This document shows positions 1 to 14,500 of a stretch of 64,000 bases of DNA, piece by piece (the stretch's first letter is position 1; every line of letters begins with the position of its first letter). Under the pieces are notes generated by a model, which made no database searches, was not told where the DNA came from, and saw nothing but the letters and a program-made list of their open reading frames with translations. The DNA is taken from assembly GCF_964204645.1 (NCBI RefSeq), contig NC_134028.1, forward strand, positions 24,734,345 through 24,798,344. The letters are read 5' to 3'. This DNA comes from Tubulanus polymorphus. Its lineage: Eukaryota; Animalia; Nemertea. A program made the translations under genes and the position numbers.

Positions 1-9
1 AAATTTAAG

Positions 10-147
10 AAATCAAAAACTAAATTCAGCTATCAAAAGTTAAAAAAGGTGTGATGCACCTGACGATCAATCTAGAGAGTTCGAAACGTCGTGTCTTTCA
101 AGTTTTAGATTTTAACTTTTTGACAAATGAATTTCGTTTTTAATCTA
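10..147 (+). mobile_element. Penelope-like repeat remnant with degenerate minimal hammerhead core between inverted repeats
   Basis: gcac-CTGACGA-(16 nt)-GAAACGTC-gtgt at ~56-94, flanked by imperfect inverted repeats (~10-46 vs ~110-147). Confidence 0.45.
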
Positions 148-547
148 TTCAATTCCTGTAGAGTTAGTTATTCTACACATTTGAGTAAACGGGATTGTTT
201 TTCTATTCCGACATGGCGCCAATGAATATCTTCATTTACAGAATTGTTGATTGTCCTGCGATTACACCAAATCAATTGATGCGAAAATATATATATATAT
301 CGACTTTCGACTTGCTGGGGAACAGCTAATTTTTCTTTTAAACATCGTACACGTTATAAAGATGAGGTCAAACATAAAATCGTCTATAGAAAATCACAAA
401 GAACAAGTGCATTTCATTATTTGAGTATCAGGTTTTATTCAGTATAGCATTCTTAGTGTTTTATTGTACGCGTATGATTACGGTGTTTTATACCTGTTTG
501 ACTGAAAAACTACATTTCCAGCGATTTTTTACCTATTTAGATATACA

Positions 548-1320
548 TTATGTATGTTTATATACATCGCATTGCACGCAATACGACTCTGAACATGATT
601 TCAGAGAACGAGTCTTCAGCGCATCCAAAAGCAAATTAACCATTTCAAAGCGGTTCCCTATTCTTGACCAGAATTTACTCAACAGTTGGTTAAAAGTACT
701 TATTAAAGTGAAAAATGCATTTTTTATGGCCACTATGTCAGGTTTCCACTCGTTTACCACTTTTTTAGTATCATAGCCCAAGGACATTTCTTTCAGAAGG
801 GAGACACTCCTATAACCGTGTACTAAACTTCGTCCAAACATACGTTTTCGGCACACGTACTTGGTTTCAACCAATACATATGGTTACATTTGTCTGTATT
901 ACCTAATATGCCAGGATGGTTGAACGAAATCATGAAAGAATTTATATTCAATGCCCGACCATGTTTTGTCAGACTTTTTCGATATGTTTTCTAAATATAT
1001 AGTTATAAGATAGTTGTTACATCAGATATTCTGCACAGTTGGTGTTTATAGATTTCAGACTCAGCGATATCGACCAATCTTTTACAGTATTCATCGGGCT
1101 AAATCGAAGTTTTATGTCTCAATCAGGACTTTCTTTACTACATTTATATTCTGACACATCTAGGTGAATGGAGTGGCAAGGTTTGCCGTTAATTGCTGAA
1201 AGAATCACCCGTCTCCAAAGGGCCGATTTAGGTTAACCATAAAAACGACGGTCAAGGTCGCACATCTCCTTCTTCGTCAACCTTACTGTACCAAGAAGCT
1301 TCCATCTAACATGAACTGAT
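548..1320 (-). pseudogene. Degraded coding relic, possibly LicD/fukutin-related nucleotidyltransferase-like
   Basis: The 108-aa ORF frame continues upstream through two stops (ENISKKSDKTWSGIEYKFFHDFVQPSWHIR*YRQM*). Near 1250-1310 a one-base frameshift gives DGS(L)LGTVRL..CDLD, weakly like the LicD GxLLGAVR..DxD motif. Confidence 0.2.
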
Positions 1321-2298
1321 TAAAAATGTTTCCAAATATAGGAACCGATAACGGCTAATGCAATGACTGAGTTTGCAAGTCTGTAGACGTCTGCCGCTGA
1401 AGTTCGCTGTTGACAGCTAATAATCCGTGGCTATGGCAATAATCAATTATTATATTAAAATCTCTCACAGGTGAAATTGTCCAATCGCCCATAAAGATAA
1501 ATTGATCTAATTTGATATAGCAACAAAGCAACATTCGGAAATCTCATTATAATACAATGTGGTCACTATAGACCTTTGCAAACACTCATTATTAATGTCC
1601 ATTAACTTTGATAATATCCTATACGTGTAATTGATATACTAGAATCCATGGCCGTGTATAGCATTTGGAAGTTCGGGGTGGGGCAAAAAACCCAAAAGGG
1701 CAGTTCAACGCCGATATAACGATTCTTCTTATAGGCCCTAACAACAAACAACATGCATATAACAATGCTTGATCAGTCCCAAGTAAAAGAATTTCAATAC
1801 GGACATATTTTTAGAAAAAGCCCGGCACAAGGAGAGGCAAAAAGGGCACTTTAACCACAATTCTTAAACCGATCACATTGGGCCCAGGGACTTCGAATCT
1901 GATTCAGGTTTCTGTCTGGGAAGTACTCGGTCGAACAAGGTTCCTAGGTACACGTGTGTTAAATAGACAGTCATTTATCATCCATCTTGAGGCATACAAT
2001 CTAATAAATATAAGTGCTACGTGAAATAACCATTGCGTGATGCATTTATAGCGACGGGAACCGGAACATTGGTTATATCTGGTTTCCCGAAGTAGTTGCG
2101 AAGATGACACCATTCCAAATTACCTGCGAATTTCACGTGAAAGGCGATAGATCTGAATTAGCTTTGACATTTTCGCAGGACCAGTTTTTATTGAAAAAGT
2201 GAACCGTAAAAATATACGTGCCGTCCTTCTGTAATTTATGATTGCCTTTGAAAATGAAAAAAACCAAAATCAAAAGTGGGGTAATTTTTTATGAAATA

Positions 2299-2487
2299 CA
2301 GTCAAATTCCGTTATAACGCCATCCTTTTTAATGTCACCGCTTAGAACGCCAACGCTTTTCAGAGAATAGATTTGTTGAATCTTACTAAAATTCAATGGA
2401 AATACCATTCTTTATAACACCAAATTCATTATAACGCCATTTTTTCCAATGGTCCTAACAATATGGCATCTTAAAGGACTTTTACTG
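2299..2487. mobile_element. Tc1/mariner (pogo/Tigger)-type MITE
   Basis: TA|CAGTCAAATTCCGTTATAA ... TTAAAGGACTTTTACTG|TA: imperfect TIRs, TA target duplication, internal ttataacgcc repeats. Confidence 0.5.
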
Positions 2488-2715
2488 TATTAAGGATAAC
2501 TAATCTCAGTAGAAGCGCGCTAAAATGCTTTTGCAATATACCAAATATCTTATGTTTCATTAGATCCCATGTTTTCTCTGGTGCGCTAATGCATTGCGTG
2601 GATCGTATTTGCGACGCGACGGTGAAAATGCATCTGCGACATTTTTCAAATCTATAAAAATCACCAGTTCGGCTTATGGATTAAAAACGCCTGCGTCACA
2701 TTCGTCTATTTTCAG

Positions 2716-5700
2716 GCAGTCGAGCCGGTATTGGCACTAGAGACGGAGGGATGGAAAGCCGTATGTCATCGAGGTTGTCTATGGTATCACAAGCTCGGCT
2801 GGAAATTGATGAGGTATGATGGATTCGTGATAAGTTAAGAAACAAAAAACAAACCGAGTGACATTTGACGACGCGCAGTAGAAGTTGCGTATACAGTCTG
2901 AGGGGATAAAAACAAGCGCTGAATAGGTTCTTAGTTCGTTTCATTCATTATAATCCTTGTAACAAATCCCTTCATAATAGCCGTAGAAAGTTGTATTATA
3001 TCATATAATGCAAACTATCGCGCATCATGGTGGTCGAAATGGTTGAATTCCCAATGTATGAAAAATATCTAATCTTAAGAATGCTTTATGGTCAAGGTTT
3101 ATCCCTCGTGGTGAGAGTTCGCGTTACGGCGAAAATATATTTCAACATCTGATTGATCTATGATATTTCTTTTTGCTGTTGTAGTTGGAAGTTATGTTAA
3201 AAGAAAAAGTGCACAGCGGATTTTTCGAGATACGAAACCGATTCAAGATGAACGACCCGGAACAAAAGGGTAACGTTACCAGGTATAAATTTTCGTAAAT
3301 TTTTTTAGAAAAATAATTTCAGCATGAAACGATTTAAAGAAATTTAATAATGAACAATTCTATTTATAAACAGGGAAGCGCTGGCTCGTATCCTGGTGTC
3401 GGTTCTGGCTCGAGCGATCAGCCAATCACAGTTCAATCGTCTGATGGACCGAATCGGTTTGAAGGAAAAGCAGATGGTCAGCTATACGGAATTCTTCAGC
3501 TGTTTCAGAGAGCCCGGGGACGGTGAAATTCCGCAATGGATGGACCCGGTACAACGACACTTCCAGGAAAAAGTGAACATGTCCGCTCAACAAGTTCACA
3601 TGCACCTGAAAGAAAAGGCAAAGATGAAGTAAGTCAAACATGAAAGAAAATTCAAGGAAAGAAGATTTAAATGAGGAACTGTAATTGAGCTATAATGGAT
3701 TTGAATAATATTGTTTGTTTGTTGTTTGTAGTATGTTAGGTGTTGGAGAAGTTATAGACACCACTGGTAATTTACTAAAACCTGAATTCAGAAACATGTT
3801 ACTCAAAGACAATCTACCGATGGACGACGAAGAATTCGACAAGTTATGGGCCAAGTAAATATAATCTTAATCTCTGGAAATTTCAGTAATATTTTTAGCC
3901 TGGAGAGAATTTCTAACGCCCGACTACAGCTCCATATTGAGTCCAATATCGAATTCTAACGTGTTGAAAATTTCGGTTATTCCAGGTACGACACACACGG
4001 AACCGGGTGCATCAAGGGTGAAACACTTTTGAAAAAACTCGGCGCTGGAAAGAAAAAAGAGGCCGCCGCACAGAAACCTAAACCAGCACAGGAAACAACA
4101 GGTAATTGCTGTCTGATTCAGACACATTTCTATGATTTCGCTGAGGTTGTTGATGAGAAATAACAGAATTCGTAGAAGTTCTATGCAAGTTGAATATAGT
4201 TTATAATTACAAATCTATAAATATCCACAGCTTTAACTTAATTGTTTCAAATCTTGATGGATTCTTGTATTGTACAGTAACTATTGATAAGCAAATGTTC
4301 ATACCGCAGTAGAACAAGTGCATCGGCCAATTAGTCAAACTTCTAAACATTTCGATCACCATGAAGAGATTTGCTCCGTCCAAAAAGCTCACGACATATG
4401 TATGAGGATATAATGTTGAATACTTCCAGAAGGCCACTGTTGTAAAATTTCTTCAATACTACCATTTAAGACTAGAAGATTTGTTCAACTGCCAAAATTT
4501 TGAAAAAGCGAACATTTTCTTTCAGCTTCAGAATGCGGCGATGATAAGAGAACACCTCGTCGATTAGAGTTGGAACGTCAACAGTCGATCAACGTGGAAA
4601 ACTGGCTGAAAAATAAATTCCGCGAAGGCTTCAGCGGCATGAAAGAAACATTCCAAAAACGAGACCCAGAAAATACCGGAATGGTGAGACCAATAGCAAA
4701 TATGTTCATGTTAGATCGGATAAATAGTGCACCCAACTCTTAGACAAACCCAGTCTAGACGGTGTATACTTATCGTTTCAACGTGATATGTCAACATGAA
4801 AATCACTTATTGACAAACCTTATTCCCTTTTTTCTATCACCAGGTTTCGCACGACGTTTTCCTCGAAGTACTAGCCGAATACGGATTGAAATTAGATCGA
4901 CCCTACATATATACATTCATGGCGAGATGCTGCGTAGAACTGCGACCACAAGGCGTGCCGTATAAAGATTTCTTGTACCGCTTTTTGGACCGAAGCGAAG
5001 CGGGAATGGCTCACAATATACTCTCAAATCCGAAACACAGGTGATTTCACATATTCCTCTATCAAATTGTTCACGCTAAAATATATCTTTATTGTAAGTT
5101 AAGTTTTTATCGTAGATTCAAGGTATAGTTTTCTATACACGAAGCAGAGAGTTCAACGATTTAATCATCAATATTCTTTATCAATTGCCATTTTGTTCGT
5201 TCAGGTACAATGAACGTGGAAGGTCAGCGACGAACAAATCAACGGTCAGCGCCATTGAAACGCAGCTGATGAATCTCTTCCAGAGAGATTTCCTGAAACT
5301 TTTAGGAACTTTCCAGTAAGTAACGAACGCCTGTCTTGACCCAGCGGTCCGAGCCCAGAGAGTATTTTACATTAACGGGATCTTGAAATAGGAAATTGTC
5401 CTGTTACTTATTCGAATTTACTTTGATTTGATATGAAGTTCGTGTCCCTTAGGACCCCCCCCCACACCTAGGGACGAAATCGAGTTTTATTTTGAAATTG
5501 GAAAGTACAAAATCTGTTGGTCGGACGAATTTGACAATTTCTTGGTTAAATCGAAACATAATATGGAAATTTCTGTTCCAGTTCGTTATAACATAAGGAC
5601 AGTCACTCTCTACCTGCAAGGCCTCTCTCGACCTGCATGTTCATATTCTCTCTTGTAGCCAAATAGATAAATTTGGAACTGACGTCATCACTCAAGAGGA

Positions 5701-8700
5701 ATTCCGCGCGGCAATCGAAAGCAAATTCGACCTTGAAATGACAGACGACGAATTCCGTAGTTTTGTCGATAAAGTGCCTCTAACTGACGATGGTCTCGTG
5801 AAATATGGCGACTTTATGTCACTTTTTGACACCAAGTAAGTTCCCATCTGACATTCAGTCATAGATATAGCGATCACTGATATTTGATAGTAACTTATCA
5901 ACCCTAACCGCAAAATGCGAATAGAAAATCTTCGAAACGAATCATAATTGAAGATGGAAAAAGGAATACGAAAATCAATGATAATATTAGTAAAATTCCA
6001 AAACCCATGAGCTCCACAGAAAATCTTATAAAACAGTAAGTTGTATTTTGTTAAATGATATTTTTAGGGGTCAGGCGCCAAGTCTTTTTGATGCTAAATC
6101 CCATAAGATACCCCTCGCCGAGTCAGACGACGGCGGTAGTGATGTCATCGAAGCGGAGGATCAGCTCGTAATGGAAGCCGAACCTACGAACGTCATTCAC
6201 CGATCGACTCCTGAACTTTTCAAACTAATTCGAGAAGTGATCAAAAACAATTATCAAGAAGTCGAGAGAAAGTTTCACGAATTGGATGAAATGAACACAG
6301 GACAGTTTACACAGGAAATGATGTATCAACTGTTCAGAAAGTAAGACATGAACCAATCTCAAATTGAAAAATCTAGATTACCAACCTTGATATATATCTA
6401 TCCTTTTATTCCCTACTATTTAAATGTTTATTCATTTATACTTAATGTAAATTAATGAAAATATATCTGTAAGATTATTATCATAATGTAGTGGTTAAAT
6501 AGAATATAATGGGAGGTTTTGAGGAACTGTGCAAAAACCTGGACCACTTTATGCTTATGTTTAATGATCCATATTTTTGTCGTCGATTGATAGGTTTGAC
6601 ATGGCGCAGGAAATCACTCGTGGCGAAATTCGCGACATTTGGAAAACGTTCATAGTCAATCGCAACAAGACGTTGAACTTCTACGAGTTCGTGCGTCATT
6701 TCGGCTGGACCCTGCGATCGGCGGCGTTCCCCAACGCTAAAGTATGTCCTCCCAGACGCGGGGATGCCGATTGTATGATGCGGTCCAGGAAGTTGAACGG
6801 CGTGTCCGACATGTTACAAGACAACGTTAGAGCAAAGGTAAACGAAATAATTCGAAGAGAAAAGCTGTTGGATCTAATAGCAGAATAGGAACACTCGAAC
6901 GCGTTGAATAGATTTATGAAAGAAATTGTGTACAAATTCAAAAGCAAAATTCATCCAAATTAGAAATTAAAAACGGTGGATACTAGTTTTGAACTCTCTA
7001 ATAAAGTCCTACACTGAAATTCTATGCGAAAAAAATTTGAAAATCCATTATGGTTTCGTTTAAAAAGAAATCATTACGGGACGTGGCTTCACTCACAATT
7101 CGATCAAACCTGAAAATCACTGTTTCGTCGTTCGATAGGTTGATTATTTATGGGAGGATTTGAGACAGGAGTTTGTAGCTATGGATCCGTACGTCACGAA
7201 TAACGTCACACGGGAAGAGTTCCAGGATGTTCTCACTGAACTCAACATTCACCTCAGCGACTACGAACTGCAGCTTATATCGAAGAAATTTGATATGAAA
7301 CGGGATGGCCGGTAAGAAAATCAGTCGTCATTTTGTCCTTTTGGCTGTAGAATCTTTTCTTAAGAATTCCTTTTTTAACCGAAAAATATCTTATAAGAGA
7401 TTTTTGTTGTCGATGTTTATGTGAATAGTTTTTTCGTGAAAATTATATCACGCACTTTCTTACGCCATTTCTTACGCAGATTCTTTCACTTCCATGGGAG
7501 CGTTCCTAAATTACGTACCTCCATTGGGGGAGGGGGGTTACTGAATTTTGGTACAAAGTGGTACATGGGGGGAGGGTTCTCACTCAAATGAACTCAAATG
7601 AAAATAGCCGTTGGTGTTTTATTAGTGCCCGCATAATCTTTTTCGTAGGAATTCACCCTAACCCTAATTCAGATAAAAAATGGGAGATTTTGAGGTACGT
7701 AATTTGTGAACGCTCCCCATTTCACCGCAAAAAAATTCATTTTCTCATTTCTGTTTGAGATGCAATGTTTATGCAAATGATCTTATTCTGAAAACATTTG
7801 AAAAAAGAACAAACCTTCCTGTGGATTTTGCAACCTTGGTGTCGGTAGAGTGGGCTTGAATCGGATTCCAGGAGTGATTATTCATTTCTAGTCGCCAAAA
7901 AATGTATTCCATCACGTTTGAGGCGCCCAGTGTCTAAATGTATTCATCTCTTTTTTAGAATTAACTACGTCGAGTTTTTGAAACCGTTTGCGTTAAAACG
8001 ACAAGTATGGCGTCACGGAAACAACATGTTATCGCTGTTAGCTCATCCGCAGTCAGAATTACCAATTCCCGATATTGTTGAACCTCCTCAGAAAGGGCTG
8101 CACGGTGTCACTGCCAAACTCAGACAAAAGGTACCCAGAAAATAGTTTCGATTGAATTTTAGAACTTTTTCGGATCTGTTTATCATAAGAATAGTAGAAT
8201 GCTTAGGAAAAATTTGACGAGGAACCCGTGCCACCAGCTATCCCGCTAGATGGCGTGTGCTGGGAGATCTGCTAATCTTAAGAATAGTAGAATGCTTAGA
8301 AAAGATTTTACGAGGAACCCGTACCACCAGCTATCCCGCATAAATGCATCAATACAACTTTGAGTTTTAGCCACTTTCATATCAGAAATTAGGCAGATCA
8401 TTAATTGATAGACTAAGATTGATCTTTAGGATTCATGAAGATATATTCATCAATTTAGTTTGACAAATGAATTCCCGTGGTCGACCTCAGTAACCTGTCC
8501 GTAGTTTAGTTTCACGATCGGATATTTTCACAGTATTTATAATCCCATCCGATTATAAAAGCTTACTACCAACGATTAGGTCACTAACTAGTGGATGACC
8601 ATAACCGAAGTTCGCCCTGAATGCACACAAGCGAACCTGATGGATCATCGCAAGTAAAAGTTTACCACGAGCGGAATCCTCGATTTCCACACTAGTCGAA

Positions 8701-9060
8701 CAGTCCTCATTCCCTAAATTGAAAGTTGATTGCCGAATCTGGATCTCTTAATTCGAGTAATGATCGGCGTTTATATTCATTATGAAATGAATCAACTGTT
8801 ATGTTTTTTAGATGGCTGGAGATTGGAAAAATCTGCGAAGAGCGTTCAAAAAATTGGACGCCAGTAACCTGGGTTATCTATCACTCCCAGAATTCCGCTC
8901 CGTTCTCAAACTGGCTAACGTTGTTCTCGACGAGGACGAGGTATATCACGTGATGACGAGATTCGACGAGAATATGACCGGAAATATCGCCTATCAGCAG
9001 TTCCTCGACGAAACGTTTAAAGTTCCGCCGTCGCGCGCATCCAACTCGCGAAAAGTCTGA
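2716..9060 (+). CDS. EFCAB6: EF-hand calcium-binding domain-containing protein 6-like (14 visible exons; probably 5'-partial)
   Basis: Phase-consistent GT-AG exons 2716-2813, 3185-3282, 3374-3628, 3732-3854, 3986-4101, 4526-4683, 4844-5040, 5205-5315, 5659-5835, 6068-6340, 6594-6837, 7139-7311, 7959-8130, 8812-9060. Repeated EF-hand pairs plus EFCAB6-like motifs (AFPNAKVCPPRRGDAD..MRSRKLN; WKNLRRAFKKLD..GYLSLPEFRSVLKL). AATAAA at 10281. Confidence 0.85.
7496..7717. mobile_element. PIF/Harbinger-like MITE in EFCAB6 intron
   Basis: TIRs GGGAGCGTTCCTAAATTACGTACCTC / GAGGTACGTAATTTGTGAACGCTCCC, with CAT directly on both sides (3-bp TSD). Confidence 0.65.
8186..8339. repeat. Local direct duplication of ~60 bp
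   Basis: taagaatagtagaatgctta...gaggaacccgt.ccaccagctatcccgc occurs at ~8186 and ~8279. Confidence 0.75.
8488..8592. repeat. Dispersed ~100-bp repeat with internal palindrome (copies also ~28440-28550, ~55418-55508, ~59913-59975)
   Basis: Shared ttagtttca.gatcggata...tatccgattataaaagcttac.accaa.gattaggt.actaacta. Confidence 0.7.
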
Positions 9061-9364
9061 GAATCGAAGGATGAATCAAGTTATTAGATTTTCGGTCATG
9101 GTTTCTAAAGCCCAACGCACACGACACGGGAAAAAACCTTACTTTGAAACCTGAATAATGTTTCGTTTGATCGATTGCGAGTAAAACTTTTACTCAAAAA
9201 CGTTTTCTTTTGTGAAAAACTGTTTTCTGTTTTGATGAAGCAAACGTTTTAGTAAATTAATAGTGATTGTTATTCAATTTCTATAGCGCCCTTTCCACTG
9301 ATACAATATTCAACAGTGCTTTTCATTGAATTGGTATTATTAATCCCAGCCTAAACTCTTACCA

Positions 9365-9536
9365 GTCATCTCTGCTTGTGGCTAGGTACACGCGAGCATG
9401 TGCTAGGCGCTCAGGAGTCATCTATCAGATCAGGTACCCATTTACTACTGGGGCGATGAGGATAAGTGTCTAACCCGAGAACACGATCGGGCTTCCCGGA
9501 GTCAAACGCTCCAACCACTCGTCCACACCGCTCCAC
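9365..9536 (-). mobile_element. tRNA-derived SINE (CORE-like) in EFCAB6 3' UTR
   Basis: Minus strand: tRNA-like head ggagcggtgtggacgagtggttggagcgtttgactcc, then gtgttctcgggttagacactta and gtaaatgggtacc blocks typical of conserved SINE bodies. Confidence 0.55.
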
Positions 9537-11444
9537 TTTCGTCGTCGTGTGCGTTTGGTTTAACATTCCTCAAACAAAACCATCGACTCAAAACATCACC
9601 TAAAGTAGTTAATTTTCGATAGTTATATGATTGAATTCATCAATGGTACGTAGGTCACCTTATCGCTGCTTTGCATAATCTTAGTCTGATAGAGCTAGCA
9701 ATTTATTGTTCAGTAAAGAAGTCATCAGATCTTTTTGCGGGCGTTATAACGCTGTGACACTAAATGGAAAAAACGAAAAAAATGTTTTGGATGTTTTGAA
9801 AGTCAAGTTATATTTGATTGATTTTCTCACTGGAATAATTTTTATTCGGTACCTTCGCGCATAATATTCATTATTTAAGCTAGAATTTTCCTGTCAAAGC
9901 ACTTTATACAATATTTGTAAATACAATGCACTATATATAGATAAATAAATATATATATACGAATATATATCCGTTTGGTAGAGTAAAGTTTGCCGTCCAA
10001 TGATTTGTGATAAATGTACAGGTCCCTTATATTGTAACGTAGCCTATAAAAAAACAAAATATATAAGTTAAGTATATTTTTCTAATGTCAAAGCTCTTGT
10101 GATAACTTGTACATAAAATATAATCATTTAAGTTTATATTCTTCTCATTTATCAATATACCAAAATGATGTATAATTCATTATCTATTCTTATCTATGAA
10201 ATGAAAGTGTTTTTTGACGACGATTGGTGATACGTTGTATTTTGTTTTAATTGATGTTGAGAGTGCCAATTACTGTTTTAAATAAACTGTTGACCAGTTC
10301 TAAAATCTGCGAGTTGTTTTCGATTTGTTTTTCTTGTGAAGATGATTCGTTTGATTATCCTCGTTGGCGACGACGACATCAGTCCCAGTCCACAATGCCT
10401 CTATTCTAAAATAGATGGCGTCGGACATGTAAAATGAAATGAATGATAATACAAGCACCTGAGTCTGGTATTTAGGCGATCATTTATAAGGAAGACACGA
10501 TTTTCAAAGAAGTATGAAATAAAAGATATTTATTCTATTTTCACAATTAAAGATTTTCTTACGTCATATCCCATTTCATTTCTAGTGTGTTCGTGTGTTT
10601 CCCTATCGTGTGTGTTTACGAGAAACATGGTTTTTGGGAAACAATGTTTCCGCGATCAAGAATGTTTGAATCTGCGCGATCGTAAAGGTCTTCCTTTTTC
10701 GAATTCGCGTCCACTATTTTCAAGAGTTGGCGAATTCAAAGCCCTTCGACATATAAAACACAGCTGTGATCTGAAGGATGTAACTGCACTGATAAATCTC
10801 GTATTATCTAGTCATCAACTAGTTCAAAACACTTTGAAAAGGAGATAGTGCGGGTGAAATTTACCGGTTGAGTTCGGTTTCGCATAGACTTCGATCAGCT
10901 GATTTCGCACGAGAATCGCGAACATTTTAACCTTTAAAATTAAATTCCATAGGTCAATTATTTTTAATACATACAAACAATTCAACAAAAATATCAGTGA
11001 CAATTTTCAGTGACAACTGGTTTTTGTAGGTGACCCCGTTGTCCGTAGCTTAAGATATCAAATAATAAATTGCACTACATTGGCCGTTGCTTGAATAATA
11101 CAACTTAGATAAGTACAAGCTTTATAGGGCCCGATTTCACTAAAAGTTAAACTCAAATTTCTGTTTGTTCTATTCATGTTTTCGATGAGGAAAACAATTC
11201 AAGCTTAACCGTTTCAAGCTTTTTTTGCGAAACCCGAGGACGATATTTCAAGGACCTTAATTCCAAAGAGACTAGTCTATGAATTTAACCATTTTTACCA
11301 TTGGACAGTCCAGTCCAGCCTTATATACTATATATGGTAAAATATGTTTTGAACACATTTATAACAATTATACAAATACACGTGTTATATATCTGTGGCA
11401 AAGAAACAAATGATTAGTATGATATAGTTAATTTACTGCTGTTA

Positions 11445-11550
11445 ATCAAAATCGTCTCAAACTCTACTCTCTATCAAAATCGTCTCAAACTTTACTCTCT
11501 ATCAAAATCGTCTCAAACTCTACTCTCTATCAAAATCGTTTCAAACTCTC
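11445..11550. repeat. 28-bp minisatellite, ~4 copies
   Basis: atcaaaatcgtctcaaactctactctct in tandem. Confidence 0.85.
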
Positions 11551-14500
11551 TAGTGTGTCTATCCATATTGGCTCAAACTCATCCTTCCTTAGGAAACAAT
11601 AGGCGAGTGCCTCTTTAGGACCTGTCGCCATTTGTTTTACTGTTGCCACTGATTTGTTTACATGTGTTTATTCCTACCCGTGACTGGACTTAACAACGAC
11701 GGGTCGGTTTTAATTACACACAATGGAATCCGTTGACAATACAGATAATGAATTCGTCCAAGCGTACGAGAACATGTACCGGACGATATTGTCACTGTTG
11801 GCCCAAACCTTTCTTTATCTGTTCATTTACCCGGAAAACCAAATAAAACATGTATCAATGTTATTAAGCCGTTGATTGGCTCGTTGTTTCACGTTACTGT
11901 TTAAATCCAGTTGAGGCATAGCAAAAAACAAAAAAGTCGCATGATTTGCTCCCAGAGCCGGAGCGAACTATACTACCACCCTACTTATACCTCTAGTGAT
12001 GGAATCGAATTTATCGGTCCTGTTTTATAATGAAAACTTATCCTAGTGCTTTTTGGAAGAAAACACAGGGTTAACTTGAATAAGTCCATAACTTGACCAG
12101 AAATGTGTCACTAAGTAGATTCTGTAACTTTCACTACTGCAAGGGCATGGTTGAGCTGCCCTTTTATTCCAAAAATCGAAGGAAGGTCAAATAAAAATGG
12201 GTTTGACCGCGGTCACGTAACCGAGCGCCTGGTCCTCGTAGTAGTGAGGTGGAGGTACGTAGACGGCTTATCCCGCGGGGCTTATCATCAAAACCACAGG
12301 AATACAAACTGATAAGAAATGAATTCTGCCTCAAACCGGGTCTTTATCAACAATAACGGTGCCCTACAATACTGATTGTACTGAAGCCAAATCTTAATTC
12401 ACGCGAAATGCGGAATATTTCCCAATTAAGTTATTTTTACTTCTCAGCGCGGATGGCATTCTGAAATATAACCTGTGGTTCTCAGGATACAGATTCCTCT
12501 CTGGGAATCGTAACCGCGCGGTTCAAGTTAGCAAATTATCTATTTTTGTACGAAAAGAACCACACCAAGATATGAAAATAAACGTCTTTGCTTCCAAAAT
12601 CTGAAATTTTGATCTGACCTCGCGGAATATATTACCAAAACTTGCAGTTAATCACAACAAACAGAAACGAAGTCGTCCAGGAATAAACACATGCGTGTTG
12701 TATTGAAATACTTGTCTTTCATTAAAATTCTATAGGAATTATTACGTATTATCAGTTTAGAATTTTTCTGAAGTTCGAATCCTTCTGGCGGTAAGTAGTA
12801 ACTTGAATATCCCTCCAGTTAAAGTCCGCACATTGCAGAAATCCCTTTTCTTACTAATCTCCATTTAACCCTATCTGCGCGTGAAGTCGAATTTGGCTCG
12901 AGCTCGCAGAAAATAACGGTCGCATCCTTGTTTACTTGTTTTGAAACTATAGATGTATCTGCACATAGTCAGATATAGTTTTACAATTAAGTTAGATCGG
13001 AAACACATTTAACATATATACATGTTTAAACTACCGAGATCACTGTTCCACAAACTTAAAACTTTGTAGATCAAGAACGATCGGTGCAATGATAAGACTT
13101 CCTTTAAAATCGATCGTTTAATGGAAAATTTTTGTCCACGATGAATTCACGACTGTCACACTTCAACCACAGAATATCAAAATAGACGTTTGAGACAATA
13201 ATCATTCTTTAAACTTTATAGCTGGTACTTTGATAAGAAGTACCAAGACTCTAACCAGACGTTCAATGAGAAGACTTTGGCCTCATTGGTACGTAGGTTA
13301 CATTGTTTGAAATTTCGGCTATCAATTAAACTATGGGCCAAAGAGCAGACTATAATAAATCATCGAATTCACCTTGGAACTTATACAGCGAATTATTCTA
13401 AGAAATAGAAACATTAGTCTGTATGGAAAGATTCGGAACTGATGATAATGTGTCTATTAAGCCAAACCGCGGATCAGTGCGGATTTCGGTTCATGGGTTT
13501 TAGGAGGAGCTGCGCCACGAACATGCGCGAATCCAGGCTGTATTGAGCCTGATTTGGCAATGTGATAAGTCCAAGATTATTCTATTCGGAAAACCTGTAG
13601 TTGTGGCGAGTGAAGAAGATGTGACCCTTTCCCCTGAAAATGCCCTTTTGGATTTCTACCCAAAATAAACAATTCTACAAAAATATCTCTGCCAAGCATC
13701 TTATCTTAATCTAATCCCTGGGTGACCACACAGTTGTAAGGCCGTAGAGCTGGGTATTTCTGTTAATTGTTGAATGGCCGTAAAAATGTACCCTGTGTGT
13801 TGAATAAAAATGGTCCTCCGGAATACGGTGGAAAATATGGTCCTGGATCACCCGCCCTCGTACAAAAAGTGTCTAAAATCAATTAACAGCTCATACGTAA
13901 ACCCGTTTAGTTTAGATATGTTACAAGAAAACAAAAAGCCCTCGCCGAAATAACACTCTGCTCAGACTGGTTTGCAATTAGCCTCTCATTAACGTAGATA
14001 ACAGTAATTAATCAATCTCACTGTAAGTAATTGTTTGGTCACGTAGTAAATTCGATCCCCTTTTAGAGTACCAGATGTTGTTATGGCGCGCGTGAAAACA
14101 TTGCTTTTTTCCGTGAAAATCCTTAACTAGAATGATGTAATTTAAACTGATGCAATCATCAACTTTCTTTTTTTCTGATGAAACTTTCTAATTTCCCTAG
14201 TACATGTATCTAAAAAATCAATTTCGGATGTTTTGAAGAAATTGGGGCCAATGATCGAAAGGCTAGACTGACAGTTTGTGCAATTTAAACTGTCTTGCGA
14301 TGAATTGAATATTTTGAAGTAATTTTCCAACTGATCAACGTCATTGTAATTGTCTCCAATCGAACGGTCAAAATGGACCGAATAGATGGTCACAGGTCAA
14401 AGGTTTAGCTGGGACGTGTTCGAGTTTGTTTACGTCGCATTCCACGCAGCAAACTTTCCATCGTAGCCAACGTATAGGGGTGGAAGCATTCGCGACACCT

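Noticed and set aside
12260-13710. Cluster of GATA sites (gataag/cttatc) upstream of MAT
   Set aside because: Could be an enhancer, but cannot be told from chance in AT-rich DNA without statistics.
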